Source: Macrostomum lignano
Lineage: Eukaryota
Direction: 5' to 3'
DNA length: 64,000 nt
NCBI GenBank assembly: GCA_002269645.1
Contig: NIVC01002444.1
Coordinates: forward strand, 109,151-173,150
Notes under the pieces: model-generated
Seen by the model: the letters and a program-made list of their open reading frames with translations, nothing else
Told to the model about the DNA's origin: nothing
The model's database searches: none
In this document: piece after piece, positions 1 to 13,183 of the stretch
Layout of the letters: every line of letters starts with the position of its first letter
How positions within the stretch are numbered: the stretch's first letter is position 1
Program-made: the position numbers and the translations under genes

Positions 1-370
1 TTGGCACTTCTTCCATTTGTCAAGTTGACGGTTAGAACTGAAATTGTGTTTATACCCGGGTATTTAGCCTGCGATGCTGGTTGAAAACGATAGACTTGGC
101 TAGCTAGAAAATTTTATTTTCAATTCCTACTCTGGGTCTAGCAGAAAAAGCAGCAAGAACCAAAAGAAGCACAAGACAATAACCGAATTTTCAAGCTTTA
201 TTTTCAATCCATCGTGCAACAGACGCCCAAAGACGCTGCATTTATATTTTGCCCGCTACTCAAATTTTCTTTCGCAAAACAAAAAATGAACGCTTTCAGA
301 GCACAGAAGCAGAGCAGTTGCAGTCAAAAGGGGGCAGAAAGTTTTCGCCAAACGCCGATAACGCCAATAT

Positions 371-763
<393 letters not shown>

Positions 764-825
764 CTATCAAGACTGACGATCTTTCAGACAACACATGATT
801 CCCGCGTGAGCAGCAAGCGGTTCCC

Positions 826-1466
826 TAGGGGAATAGACAGTTCCCTAATGGGGAATAGGCAGTTCTCTAATGGGGAATAGGCAGTTCTCTAATAGGGAAT
901 AGACAGTTCCATAATGGGGAATAGGCAGTACCCCCTAATGGGAAAGAGGCAATTCCCTAATGGAGAATAGGCAGTTCCCTAATGGGGAATAGGCAGTTCT
1001 CTAATAGGGAATAGGCAGTTTCCCAATGGGGAATAGGCGGTTTCCTAATGGGGAATAGGCAGTTCTCTAATAGAAAATAGGCAGTTTCCTAATGGGGAAT
1101 AGGCAGTTCTCTAATAGAAAATAGGCAGTTTCCTAATGGGGAATAGGCAGTTTCCTAATGGGGAATAGGCAGTTTCCTAATGGGGAATAGGCAGTTTCCT
1201 AATGGGGAATAGGCAGTTTCCTAATGGGGAATAGGCAGTTTCCTAATGGGGAATAGGCAGTTTCCTAATGGGGAATAGGCAGTTTCCTAATGGGGAATAG
1301 GCAGTTTCCTAATGGGGAATAGGCAGTTCCCTAATGGGGAATAGGCAGTTTCCTAATGGGGAATAGGCAGTTTCCTAATGGGGAATAGGCAGTTTCCTAA
1401 TGGGGAATAGGCAGTTTCCTAATGGGGAATAGGCAGTTCTCCAATGGGGAATAGGCGGTTTCCTAA
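826..1466. repeat. 22-nt minisatellite (GGGGAATAGGCAGTTTCCTAAT)n in RPS5 intron
   Basis: Directly visible tandem array of roughly 28 copies, more degenerate at the left end. Confidence 0.95.
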
Positions 1467-1582
1467 CTAGGTACGAGTAGTTGCTCACTATATAGGGATA
1501 ATCCATCCTTGCATATGTTCATACAAACAAGGGAAAGATGAGCCTAAATTAAGTTAATTAAAATGATAATTAAAATTCTCAC

Positions 1583-1897
1583 CTGCACGGGGTTCTCATT
1601 GGTCAGCAGGTGGATGATCTCAAGCGTGTGCTTCATGATCATCATAGCCTTGATCTTCTTGCCGTTGTTCCGGCCGTGCATCATCAGCGAGTTGGTCACC
1701 CGTTCAACAATCGGGCACAGGGCCTTGCGGAACCGCTTCACCTGGTACCTGCCGGCAGAGTGAGGCACATACCTGGCCGCCTTGTCCTTCACGGCAATGT
1801 AGTCAGCCAGAGCAATGTCGGACACCTGGACATCGTCGAGGTTCCACTTGCCGAACAGCTTGATCTGCGGCAGCTCAACCGTTGGCACTTCTTCCAT
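1583..1897 (-). CDS. RPS5: 40S ribosomal protein S5, exon 1
   Basis: [18 protein letters not shown]...[17 protein letters not shown]...NPVQ, then donor CAG|GTGAGA (phase 0). Joined protein is 199 aa. Confidence 0.97.
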
Positions 1898-2029
1898 GGT
1901 TATGCGTGGCTAGCACTGCATGCATTAAATAATACATATCACCTTCAAGCCAACAGTAAATCTTAAAGATATTATCGACGAGCGCTTTGTGCACTTTTAA
2001 ATACTCAGTAAGGGGGGGAGGGGTTAAGA

Positions 2030-2620
2030 GGGGAAAGACTTCGTGGGGGCGGTTTTAGAGCGGAAAAGACTCCGTGGGGGGCGGTTTTAGAGGGGAAAAG
2101 ACTCCATGGGGGCGGTTTTAGAGCGAAAAAGGCTCCGTGGGGGCGGTTTTAGAGCGGAAAAGACTCCGTGGGGGGCGGTTTTAGAGGGGAAAAGACTCCG
2201 TGGGGGCGGTTTTAGAGCGGAAAAGACTCCGTGGGGGCGGTTTTAGAGCGGAAAAGACTCCGTGGGGCGGTTTACAGCGGAAAAGACTCCGTGGGGGCGG
2301 TTTTAGAGCGGAAAAGACTCCGTGGGGGCGGTTTTAGAGCGGAAAAGACTCCGTGGGTGCGGTTTTAGAGCGGAAAAGACTCCGTGGGGGCGGTTTTAGA
2401 GGGGAAAAGACTCCGTGGGGCGGTTTACAGGGGAAAAGACTCCGTGGGGGCGGTTTTAGAGCGGAAAAGACTCCGTGGGGGCGGTTTTAGAGCGGAAAAG
2501 ACTCCGTGGGGGCGGTTTTAGAGGGGAAAAGACTCCGTGGGGGCGGTTTACAGGGGAAAAGACTCCGTGGGGGCGGTTTTAGACTTTTAGAGCGGAAAAG
2601 ACTCCGTGGGGTGGGGGGAT
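2030..2620. repeat. ~31-nt G-rich minisatellite (GACTCCGTGGGGGCGGTTTTAGAGCGGAAAA)n
   Basis: Visible tandem array of about 18 copies upstream of the RPS5 ATG. Confidence 0.93.
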
Positions 2621-4132
2621 TTTAGAACGGGAGTTTCTGGACGGAAAGGTTTTACAGAATGGGCAAATCCTTATTCAGGATCTTTAGTCAATTGGATAAT
2701 TTAAATTATAATCTTATGGCAGACAATAAAAAGGAAATAATGTATTCAGAAGCCTCTTAATGAAGTTAAGAGTCTTGAGTAATTGTTTCACATATCAATT
2801 TGAATTGGTCAGCAAATTGACAGCTGCTAAGCGAATGAACCTGAACAAACAAATTCTATATGCTTATGTTAAGAGCGTAAAAGTGTGGACTCCTTAAATA
2901 TAATCTATAACAGTCTCGATAAACAATGGATATAGCAGGATAAACGTGTCAGATTAAAAAAAAAACAAAAAATGTGAACAACAGAAAACTACAACAATGA
3001 CAAAGAAAAATTGTGAGAAGCAGGTGGTTAAACAGCGTAATAGGATTAATGGAAATAGCTTAAGTTATCAAATATTCGATAAGCTGTGTTGGATCAATTT
3101 TGTAGCAAGATCGAGGCCTTGCAACGTGCCAGGTCAGAATGAGACTGCCCCTGGATACAGACAGACAAAATTACTATAATATGCAGCATTTATTACTGTA
3201 ATTAATATTATGCATCAGTGGAGGCGGTTGAGAATGAAACATTCAAGAGATTTTCACTTCTATCATGGCAAAATAGTCTAATCAAAACACATTAAGTTAC
3301 TTTGTGCGAATGAACTTGCTACTCACACTAGCTACGCTTAAGTAGTATTGATAGCGTATTCTTCTTAAAATCTACACAAAAAATTAAAAACGAAAAAGAG
3401 TAACAACAATCATTAGAAAACGAATGGATTAACAAACAGGACAACAATGCTTGCAATTTGCAACATTACTTTATAGCAGAGACTATCTGGCATAACTAAT
3501 AAAACGCCTCACTACTTAATATATAGGTAACATTGATGGGCAACGCCAGTCAGTCAGTAGACACTAGCAGTTATTTTTGTATAAAATCGGCCTTCAAAAC
3601 TCATTTTAATGAATATTTTTTTCCTAAAACGAACACCTACCCCCAGTCACAGATACTAAAATAACTAGATAGGCCACTCAGCTTTCTACTTTCAGTTCAG
3701 TAGCAAAGAAGAATACATAAGCTATTTTATAAAAATAAAGGCAGCTGAAATGACTTTGATAAGTTTAGAAGCCCAAGCTTGCAGGCAGGGGCAGGGGTGT
3801 GGAAGGCGCGATTGGAGGGTTTAAGCTGGGGGGGGGTAAGAGACAATAAAAGAGCTTTGGCTTTGAAAATACATTAAAATGCTTCGGTTTAACTTGCTAC
3901 TGAACTGAAAGTAGATTAAACGCAAATTGGCAAGGGGCCCATCTAGTTATTTTAGTATCTGTGCCCCCAGCCAATGAAATTTTGAAGGCCGATTTCAACT
4001 AATGTTTGCAATCTTCTGGATAGACTAATCACGAGATTTTACGCTTGTCAGATTCCCGACAAAAGCTACGAGGAACATTATTTGAATGAGGTCAGTAAAT
4101 AGTCATCTAGACACACATTAATATTAGCCTTC

Positions 4133-4481
4133 TTAATCCATGAACTTGCGGTTGGGATTGCCGCCAAAAAGAATGTAACGCAGCTCGGGCACCATCTGCG
4201 CGCTGATCTGCTCCAGACGGCTCTCCAAGTTGTTACACACTCGAATTTTGCCAGCCCGACCGATTACATCAACGCCGCCAACTGAGTCTGGCGGCAGGAA
4301 ATTCTGCTTATCAACCTGCAGTTTCACTGGCCGGCCGGTCTCACGCTTGTACCGATCGGCTGCCGCGCCCATCACGCGCTCGACTAGGTGAACATCGGCC
4401 TGGCGACAGCGGAGCACCGCCTCGGGTTCTAGCAGTTGGAACAGGCCCTGAGTAACCAGGCCCTCCATTAGCTGGGCGTAT
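4133..4481 (-). CDS. ATP6V1E: V-type ATPase subunit E, exon 2
   Basis: Acceptor cccgcccag|A TAC GCC (completes a phase-2 codon). YAQLMEGLVTQGLFQLLEP...GGV...KIRVCNNLESRL...LFGGNPNRKFMD* matches V1E. Confidence 0.95.
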
Positions 4482-4644
4482 CTGGGCGGGCGGGTGTAGT
4501 TTATGAGTTTATAGCAAGTCATAGAACAGAGCATTTATACATTGTTATTACTATAGATAAGGGTGGATCTGAAGCTCACGCCCCCCCCCCCAAGGCACAC
4601 AGATCGTACAAGCGTGACGAAGAGAAATTCCGGGCCAAGAAACA

Positions 4645-5678
4645 TCCCAGAGTCACTTTAATCGTCCCAGAGTCACTTTAATCGTCCCAGAGTCACTTTA
4701 ATCGTCCCAGAGTCACTTTCATCGTCCCAGAGTCACTTTCATCGTCCCAGATGTCACTTTCATCGTCCCAGATGACACTTTCATCGTCCCAGAGTCACTT
4801 TCATCGTCCCAGAGTCACTTTCATCGTCCCAGAGTCACTTTCATCGTCCCAGAGTCACTTTCATCGTCCCAGATGTCACTTTCATCGTCCCAGATGTCAC
4901 TTTCATCGTCCCAGAGTCACTTTCATCGTCCCAGATTCACTTTCATCGTCCCAGAGTCACTTTCATCGTCCCAGATGTCACTTTCATCGTCCCAGAGTCA
5001 CTTTCATCGTCCCAGATGTCACTTTCATCGTCCCAGAGTCACTTTCAGCGTCCCAGAGTCACTTTCAGCGTCCCAGAGTCACTTTCATCGTCCCAGAGTC
5101 ACTTTCAGCGTCCCAGAGTCACTTTCATCGTCCCAGAGTCACTTTCATCGTCCCAGAGTCACTTTCATCGTCCCAGAGTCACTTTCATCGTCCCAGAGTC
5201 ACTTTCATCGTCCCAGATGTCACTTTCAGCGTCCCAGAGTCACTTTCATCGTCCCAGAGTCACTTTCATCGTCCCAGAGTCACTTTCATCGTCCCAGAGT
5301 CACTTTCAGCGTCCCAGAGTCACTTTCAGCGTCCCAGAGTCACTTTCATCGTCCCAGAGTCACTTTCAGCGTCCCAGAGTCACTTTCAGCGTCCCAGAGT
5401 CACTTTCATCGTCCCAGAGTCACTTTCATCGTCCCAGAGTCACTTTCATCGTCCCAGAGTCACTTTCAGCGTCCCAGAGTCACTTTCAGCGTCCCAGAGT
5501 CACTTTCATCGTCCCAGAGTCACTTTCAGCGTCCCAGAGTCACTTTCAGCGTCCCAGAGTCACTTTCATCGTCCCAGAGTCACTTTCAGCGTCCCAGAGT
5601 CACTTTCATCGTCCCAGAGTCACTTTCATCGTCCCAGAGTCACTTTCATCGTCCCAGAGTCACTGTCATCGTCCCAGA
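4645..5678. repeat. 20/21-nt minisatellite (ATCGTCCCAGAGTCACTTTC)n in ATP6V1E intron
   Basis: Visible array of about 50 copies. The overlapping + strand ORFs are translations of the repeat. Confidence 0.96.
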
Positions 5679-6016
5679 TTTCACGGTAACAAGTCGCCAA
5701 AAAGTGGCCTAAGAGTCAATTTGAGGCGTTTTATTGTCCATAGAGTCGTATCTGAGGCGTGCTGGAGTCGTTGTAGAATCACTGAGTTGCGTCTAAAGCG
5801 CCTCTCTGTTGACCGTCGCATTACAGTCGTTTGAGTCGTTAAAAAGTTGCAAGAGTTGCCCTTAGAGTCGCTAGAGAGTTGTTTGCAATGACTTTTTTGG
5901 CGATTCTTGTCACGGTAATGTTTTCAACGTATTGATTTGGGCCCAAAGTGTCAAAAACCAACTAACAGGAAAGTTCCATACCAAATTTCAAGCGCAAGCA
6001 GTTTACCCAAGCTTAC

Positions 6017-6357
6017 TTTCCCTGGTCCTTGACAATCTCCCGCAGGCGCTGCGTGGTCTCAGTCAGAACGTCGCGCAGGTGCTGATCGCGCGCCTTCAGC
6101 ACCCGCAGTCGGCCGTCGTTTTTCATATTGGAGTGCTGAATCTTCTTCTGCAACTCAGTCTGCTTCTCCTTTTTGCCATAGAATTCTAGGATCTTGACGC
6201 GTTCCTGCTGAACTAGACGCGACTTTTCAATGTTGAACTCTTCCTCGGCCTTGTTGTCAATCTCTTCTTTCTTCTCGTTGGCCTCCTGCTCGATGAAGGC
6301 CATCATCTGCTTGATCTGGCGTTCCACATCCGCGTCGCTTAAACCGCTACCGGACAT
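6017..6357 (-). CDS. ATP6V1E: V-type ATPase subunit E, exon 1
   Basis: [45 protein letters not shown]... is canonical V1E. Donor AA|GTAAGC at 6016. Confidence 0.96.
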
Positions 6358-6496
6358 TTTTCTAGCTTAGTAGATTAGATTAAATTACAACTGATTAATT
6401 ACGACAGGCCTGTGGGACTTCCCAGTCATGCAAATTGTTTGATTAGCGATGGTGTTAACACGACGGCATTAACAGACACTCTATTCACCTAGCAAT

Positions 6497-6520
6497 CTAT
6501 CTACCTACCTATATACCTAC

Positions 6521-6603
<83 letters not shown>

Positions 6604-6632
6604 CGTATCTATCAATCAATCTATCTATCTAC

Positions 6633-6731
<99 letters not shown>

Positions 6732-6838
6732 CGTATCTATCAATCTATCTATCTATCTATCTATCTATCTATACCTATCTATCTACCTATCTTACCTATC
6801 TATCTACCTATCTTACCTATCTACCTATCTTACCTATC
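6497..6838. repeat. (CTAT)n microsatellite
   Basis: Directly visible. Confidence 0.97.
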
Positions 6839-7216
6839 GATATTATATACATATTGAAATACGCAGCTTGCGGCGTAATTGAAGGCCAGCTGTCAGCTGA
6901 ATGATAAATTAAATTGAGCACCGATTCACTCTGAATAGAAACTGCGCAGTGTTCGGAGTTCCGACACCCCACAATTCAAAGGATTTACAACTAGAAAAGG
7001 CTTAAAACAGCAAATAACTAAGACATAAGCCAGTTTTTTAATCCACGTAGCAGCATCGAGCGCGCGCACGGAGCAGAGCTTGCAGGCAGAGCAGCAGAGT
7101 AAAGATTTATCAATCAACTTATCGCAATCATCTGGCCACAAGTTGAGTCAATCGGTCTCTTGGTGTAGCATATAGCTAAATTATATCTTGGCCTAGGTTC
7201 AGCCTATATTGGGACT

Positions 7217-7636
7217 TTAGCGAGGTCCCTGTGGACGGGCAGCGAATCCGCCGGCTCCCTGCGGGCCGCGGCCGCCCTGAGCGCCACCGGGGCCGCCTGC
7301 GCCCTGGTCCGGCCGGCTTGGGCCGCCAAAGCGGGGCGGCGGCGTGCGGTCCTTGCGGGCCTCGTGCGATCGGTTGCGCACCACCTTGGAGTGGATGGCG
7401 CAGCTGACGCAGTACTGCAGCTTGGCGTACAGCTTCGGCAGAGCGTAGGTGTTGGCCTCGTACACGGAGTTCTCGTTGATGTCGCGAACGGCGGCGGCTT
7501 CAACAATATTGCGGATGATGAACTTTTTAATTGATTTGTCCTTGGGCGTGCACCGGCCGCAGTTGGTGCAGCGGACAATGCGGACGTGGCCGCGGCCCTT
7601 CTTGCTCCGTCCGTGATTGCGTCGCTTAACAGTCAT
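7217..7636 (-). CDS. RPS26: 40S ribosomal protein S26 (eS26) with Gly/Pro-rich C-terminal tail
   Basis: [18 protein letters not shown]...[17 protein letters not shown]...[22 protein letters not shown] is canonical eS26. Single coding exon. Confidence 0.97.
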   Translation of the reverse strand: MTVKRRNHGRSKKGRGHVRIVRCTNCGRCTPKDKSIKKFIIRNIVEAAAVRDINENSVYEANTYALPKLYAKLQYCVSCAIHSKVVRNRSHEARKDRTPPPRFGGPSRPDQGAGGPGGAQGGRGPQGAGGFAARPQGPR

Positions 7637-7865
7637 GCTGTGTACTCTGCTGGCTGAGGGGAATATAATTAATCAATTATAGGAAATTAGCTACTTAACT
7701 TAACAGCTTCTCATAATGTCGATTATTCATTTTAAGTTCTAGATTTCAGTAGATGCTCCTGCATTTATTATTCTAAAGACTGACCATATATTAAAATTTT
7801 TGTGATAATTACCATGTTTTTTATTATCAAAGCTCATCAGGCTATACAAGCTAGCATGCTTGGGT

Positions 7866-8021
7866 GCAACCTTGGGATTCACCCGGCCGTTTCTATTGGC
7901 AACACACACACACACATGTAAGTCGCTATTGGACGGAATAGTAGTCACGTGACTGCTCTCAGCCAATAGCGACTTACATGTGTGTTGCCAATAGAAACGG
8001 CCGGGTGATTCCCAAGGTTGC
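7866..8021. repeat. ~155-bp palindrome (MITE-like or promoter module)
   Basis: Arm 7866-7932 is the near-exact reverse complement of 7963-8021, apart from extra CA units and one mismatch. The centre contains the palindrome AGTCACGTGACT. Confidence 0.8.
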
Positions 8022-10029
8022 GCATGTATGCAAGCTAGAATGAGCCCTAAAAATAGATAAGCAGGCACTGTTTTATGGGGGTTCTAGTTGTAGGCTATAT
8101 ATATGTACTTCAAGCTAGAATATTCAAAGACAACTTACATTGATATTAATAAATATAATCAGATAAAAAAATGCCAAAAATTTAATTTACTTTTTTTCTT
8201 TACAATTTTTTAACCTTAATTCTTTTAAATAATTAAAAAGTTGCTAATTATACAAGTTAATTTGATTTTTTTTTCAAATTACAAGCTATGTGCCTTTAGA
8301 TTTATAATCTCCTAAATTAGATTATTAATCTCCTAAAGTAGAGATTTTAATAATCTAATAATATTTTTTTAATAAATTACATAAAATTTAATGCACTGTC
8401 TTGCTTTGGCAGTGAGAGTTAAAGGTGCTGTTTTATGGGGTCACATGCAATAGACAGTTTGATTTGATGCATTTATATATTATATAGTGGATATAATAAT
8501 TTTGGAGCCCAGTTCAAGGCAAAAAACTGAGATTCTAGCAAAGCTTATGGTGCCAATAAAGCCCAGATCAAGGCAAAAAAACTATGAGTCCAACAAAGCT
8601 AATGGTGTCAGTGGAGCCTAGTTTGAAGTTAAAAACAAGAAAAAATAGTTTTCTTAGGAAAAAAGAAAATGAATACTTTGTTGCCAATAATAGTATCAAG
8701 TTATAGTAGCAACTATAACTATAATAATCTAACTATACAACTATATATATATAATACAACTATAATAATCTAATTTTCAGTTTAGATCTATGGCATACCT
8801 GTCATAGTTTGGATCATGTATTTAGTATACACTATGTTTGTACACCGAGACCTTGTTTGTATGCCAATACAAAAAAATTGTCATTTAATACAATGTATTT
8901 ACTATGTCATGTATGCTGGGATATATCTTGATGTATGCTGAAAATGGTAGGACCTGTTATACACTAGGAAATCTAGGCATATATGTTGCTTTCCAAATTA
9001 TGGCATACCTGTGACTATATTTGTTAGGTTTTAGGATCAAAGAAGTGACTTTACATATGATAAAATATACTATATGCAACACAATAAACATGGATTCATA
9101 GAACAAAGAATAAAAGAAACAATTTTAAACTTTGTTCGCTAAAAAACTCTTTTTTTTCTTAATTTTTAGCAAAAAAGTATTTAAAGTACTTTTTAATAAT
9201 TGTTATTTCTTAGTACATATTGCAAAACTGCAACTAAAGTTTGTTATTTTGCAAAAATAATAAATTCAAGAATGAAAAAGTGTACAACTTTGATAAACAA
9301 AGTTAATAACAATTTTTTGTCTTGGGCTACAAATGTAGTTCTGTATCCCCCCCACTAGACTTGGTATATACTAATAATATATATTCAAACTATAGCCTAT
9401 AGCCTATGGTTCCTAGACACTTCGTCACCCACTTTTTGTATGAAAAACTTTGCTATATGTAACATGTATACTTGTAACATGTATACTTATACATGCAACT
9501 ATATAACTATATAAAGATAAACATTAAACATTAAACATGTATATGTATCTACATATAGTCGCCCTCCTCCTTTCACATTCTAGGCTTGGGATTGACCAGA
9601 CAATGGCAGAGTCACAACCCATAAAGATAATTGTTAAATACCATAATTTGTAGCTACATGTAGGCACAAAGATCAAAAAGTTCACAAAGCACAAAGAGAA
9701 TAGCATTAAGACCTATACATTTAATTACTGCAGAATTAATTCGATCTGTTCCTTCCAAATCCATCTAAATCTCTAATATTTGTTTGTTTGTTTGTTTGTT
9801 TGTCTATAATGCTCTAGAGCTTGCAATTCTTCACCAATTTTGATCGCATTTTTACCAAAAGATTCAAAATTGTCTGGAAAGAAGACAGTTAAAATCTCTT
9901 TAATCTGCTTCTAGTGTTGGGCACCATTAATGAAAATCTTAACTTCCATTAATGGAAAAAGCGTTAGCATTAAAACAAAAAATCCTAACTTATTAACTCT
10001 TAATTTCATTAAAGTTAACTGAAAATTAA

Positions 10030-10600
10030 CTGATAATCGGCTGGACAGCTGGCGGCTCTACTGCTGCTGGACAGCTGGCGGCTCTACTGCTGCTGGACAG
10101 CTGGTGGCTGGAAGCTCTACCTGCTGCTGGATGGCTGGCAGCTCTACCTGCTGCTGGATGGCTGGCGGCTCTATTGCTGCTAGATGGCTGGTGGCTCTAT
10201 CTGCAGCTGGGCAGCTGGCAGCTCTACCTGCATCTAGGCGGCTGGTGGCTCTACTTGCTGCTGGATGGCTGGTGGCTCTACCTGTGGCTGGCAGCTGGAC
10301 GGATGGCAGCTCTTCTGCAGCTGGATGGCTGGTGGCTCTACCTGCAGCTGGAGGCTCTACCTGCGGCTGGACAGCTGGTGGCTCTACCTGCAGCTGGATG
10401 GCTGGTGGCTCTACCTGTGGCTGGAGGCTCTACCTATGGCTGGATGGCTGGCGGCTCTACCTGTGGCTGGAGGCTCTACCTATGGCTGGATGGCTGGCGG
10501 CTCTACCTGCGGCTGGATGGCTGGCGGCTCTACCTGCGGCTGGATGGCTGGTGGCTCTACCTGCTGCTAGATGGCTGGCAACTAGACAGCTAGCGGCTCA
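10030..10600. repeat. Degenerate 24-27-nt tandem repeat, minus-strand reading (VEPPAIQPQ)n with stops
   Basis: Visible GCTGGATGGCTGGTGGCTCTACCT-type units. Confidence 0.85.
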
Positions 10601-10602
10601 CC

Positions 10603-10781
10603 TCGACAGCATGTGCAGCTCCATGGAAAGTTCCTTTGGCTAGACAGCTCTCGATATTCTTCCTTAGAAATTCCTATGCTGCAATGCAGACAACAGTGCT
10701 GCCATTGCTGACAAATGTCACATTGAAGCGTTTGCTATTTTTTGCTAACTGGCTCATGGCAAAAATGCAAATGTCTACCAT
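10603..10781 (-). pseudogene. Decayed PHD-finger coding remnant (probably transposon-derived)
   Basis: Manual translation: MVDICIF/CHEPVSKK*QTLQCDICQQWQHCCLHCSIGISKEEYRELSSQRNFPWSCTCC. This is a C4HC3-type pattern with one frameshift and a stop. Confidence 0.65.
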
Positions 10782-10999
10782 TTTTACTTATAAAGTAGCT
10801 GTTTTTTATATGTATTTGCTTCTCATATGTGATTTCATGCACTATATTTATAATAAAATTCTGGGTCGGAGTAGGCTGGCCACTTTAGTCTTGAGGGGTA
10901 AAGTGACCATCTCTACACCTGCACCTTTCTTGGATCAACCACTGTGGTTAGTTGGTTGGAGAATTGGCATGTTGCACTCATAGACACAAATGCATGTAT

Positions 11000-11362
11000 T
11001 AGAGGTCGGACGGGATTGAAATCTTCAAGTGGGATTGGGATCAGGATTCAGGAATCGGGATCAGGTCTTTTAGTGTATTGTCTATATAAAGTTAAACAAA
11101 ATTGAGAAAAGATTGTCAAGATCAAGAAGTAAAACACAACAAAATTGATATGAAGTTTTGTAACCAACAAAGTAAATAATGTAACAAGTATAAGTTAAAG
11201 CAAAATACCTTCAAGTAATCACTAATTCTATAAATTATTAATCGAAAGACCTGTTCTCTAATCTCGAATTTTTTAGGGTCAGGATTCTGGTCCCACGGGA
11301 ATTCAATTTTCCTTGGGATCTCGAGATTTCGGGATTGGGATTGGGATCCCATCCGACCTCTA
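11000..11362. mobile_element. hAT-type MITE
   Basis: TIRs TAGAGGTCGGA(C/T)GGGAT, flanked by a perfect 8-bp TSD GCATGTAT (10992-10999 and 11363-11370). Confidence 0.85.
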
Positions 11363-13183
11363 GCATGTATGGCTTAGCAGATTTAGGGGGTGAAAATGCT
11401 CTAGCTTAGACTGTATGCATATAAAGGGTTGGTTAAATCCCTGCAAGTGGAGCAAGGAGAAATCCATTATATAACATCACTCTAGCTTGGATTGTATAGG
11501 GTTGTGATTCAAGGGTTGGTTAAGTCCCTGTAGGTAGAGCAAGGAAAATCCATGGCCACATACTTTGTTGCCTCCTGGGTTATAGAAGTGATAATGCCAA
11601 TTTTAGGCTTTAGCAAGGAAGCAAAAATAATTATTAGAGCTTGGCAAGTTTGAACATATAATAAAATTACAATGAGCATTAGTATCCACATGTATGTACT
11701 TATACATTAAAGTGTGCATATGCAAATTGCATATACATTGTATATATTAGATGCCAATTATAGCAACAAGTTGAATCTCTAAGTGTGTATTTAATATATC
11801 CTATATTTTACAGACGAAATTAATTGAGTAACAATTTATAACAACAACAATCGAATATCAATTTACAGCCTTGCTAAATCTTAGGATGACAAAGTGTCCT
11901 TAAAATTTGGTCACTTTGTCATTTAGATTTAGTAACAATTTTTTGATATGACAAAGTGTCCAAAAACCATGGTCAGTTCATTAGCGAGATGACGAAGTGG
12001 TTAGATGACGAAGTGTCCAAGAGCTATAGCCTATAGGGTGCCACTGTTAGGGTCTACTTTTGTAACAATTGGGTTTATAATAAAATATCACTTTATTGCA
12101 CAAATCAAAGAGATATGCCATATTTTATGGGGTCAATGATTAAATATGGAATTATCTATTGTATTGTTATTGTTAGAAATAAAGTATTCTATAGGCCCTT
12201 TAGAATATATCATTCTTAGATTAGATACAAAACTTATAAAGAAAGCCATGAAGATAGCAAATTCCTATATGCCAATACAATGGTATGCACAAAAGACAAA
12301 ACATTTAAAAGATAATGCAAAGCATTTCTTCAAGACAAATATGGCATTGGTAGGCCCTAACTCAAAATGAAAGGCAATGATGTTGTTTTTGGTTCCAACC
12401 AAAGGTCTAAAAATTTCTGCCACATTAACATATTTATAAAAAGACTATCTGATATAGTGTTTTCATTCAAAGTACAATACTCTAGTTTATAAAATATTGT
12501 CTTTTATATCTACAATGGGGTTCAAAAAGTTTTGTCATTCAGCCATTTTAAAAACTTTTTTGATTTTCAAAGCACTGTGTAAAGACAAAAGTGCTTATAA
12601 TATGGAATATATAGGGTATGCTTATATAGTGTTTTCTTTCCATGCCTTTTAAAATATTTTTTGCACAAAGCCTAAGCACCTCTCTGGATTTTTAGCAAAA
12701 TGGATAAGTAGAAGTACTGAGCACTCAACACATTTTTTCACCTTGAAAAGGCTAAAATCAATAGCGATTGAAAAGAAGGAGAATGTTTAAGCAGTAATTA
12801 AATAAATAACTAATATGTAGGTAAAATGCTAAAAAAACTTAAGATCATATTAACATCGACAATAAATATTATTAACATTTACCAACTGTTTCTGCCCCGA
12901 CGTACAACTAGTGTTTAAGACGAAGTTAAAAATGAATACTCATTAAACTTAAATTTGCGGTAAAAAGCAGCGATAAAACAATTTTTAATAGGTAAAATCT
13001 AAATTGCAATACATATCAATGTATATTATTTGCTGTATTTTTGTAACAGCATTAAAACTTCAAAATTATAAAATTCTAATTATTTTTTTTAAATTTAAAA
13101 AATGCAAAACTACGTAAGTTTACTCTGCTTCTGCTTTCATGCCTTTCAACCTCAGTGTGCACTCTGTCGGGTCCATGAGATTT

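Noticed and set aside
4751-5834. Three long + strand ORFs (272-312 aa)
   Set aside because: They are translations of the 20/21-nt minisatellite inside the ATP6V1E intron.
5682-5912. Possible MITE (GTAACAAGTCGCCAAAAAGT ... ACTTTTTTGGCGATTCTTGTCAC)
   Set aside because: The inverted ends are imperfect and no TSD was found. Too weak to call.
10104-10643. + strand Trp/Leu-rich ORFs
   Set aside because: They are antisense shadows of the degenerate Pro/Gln repeat.
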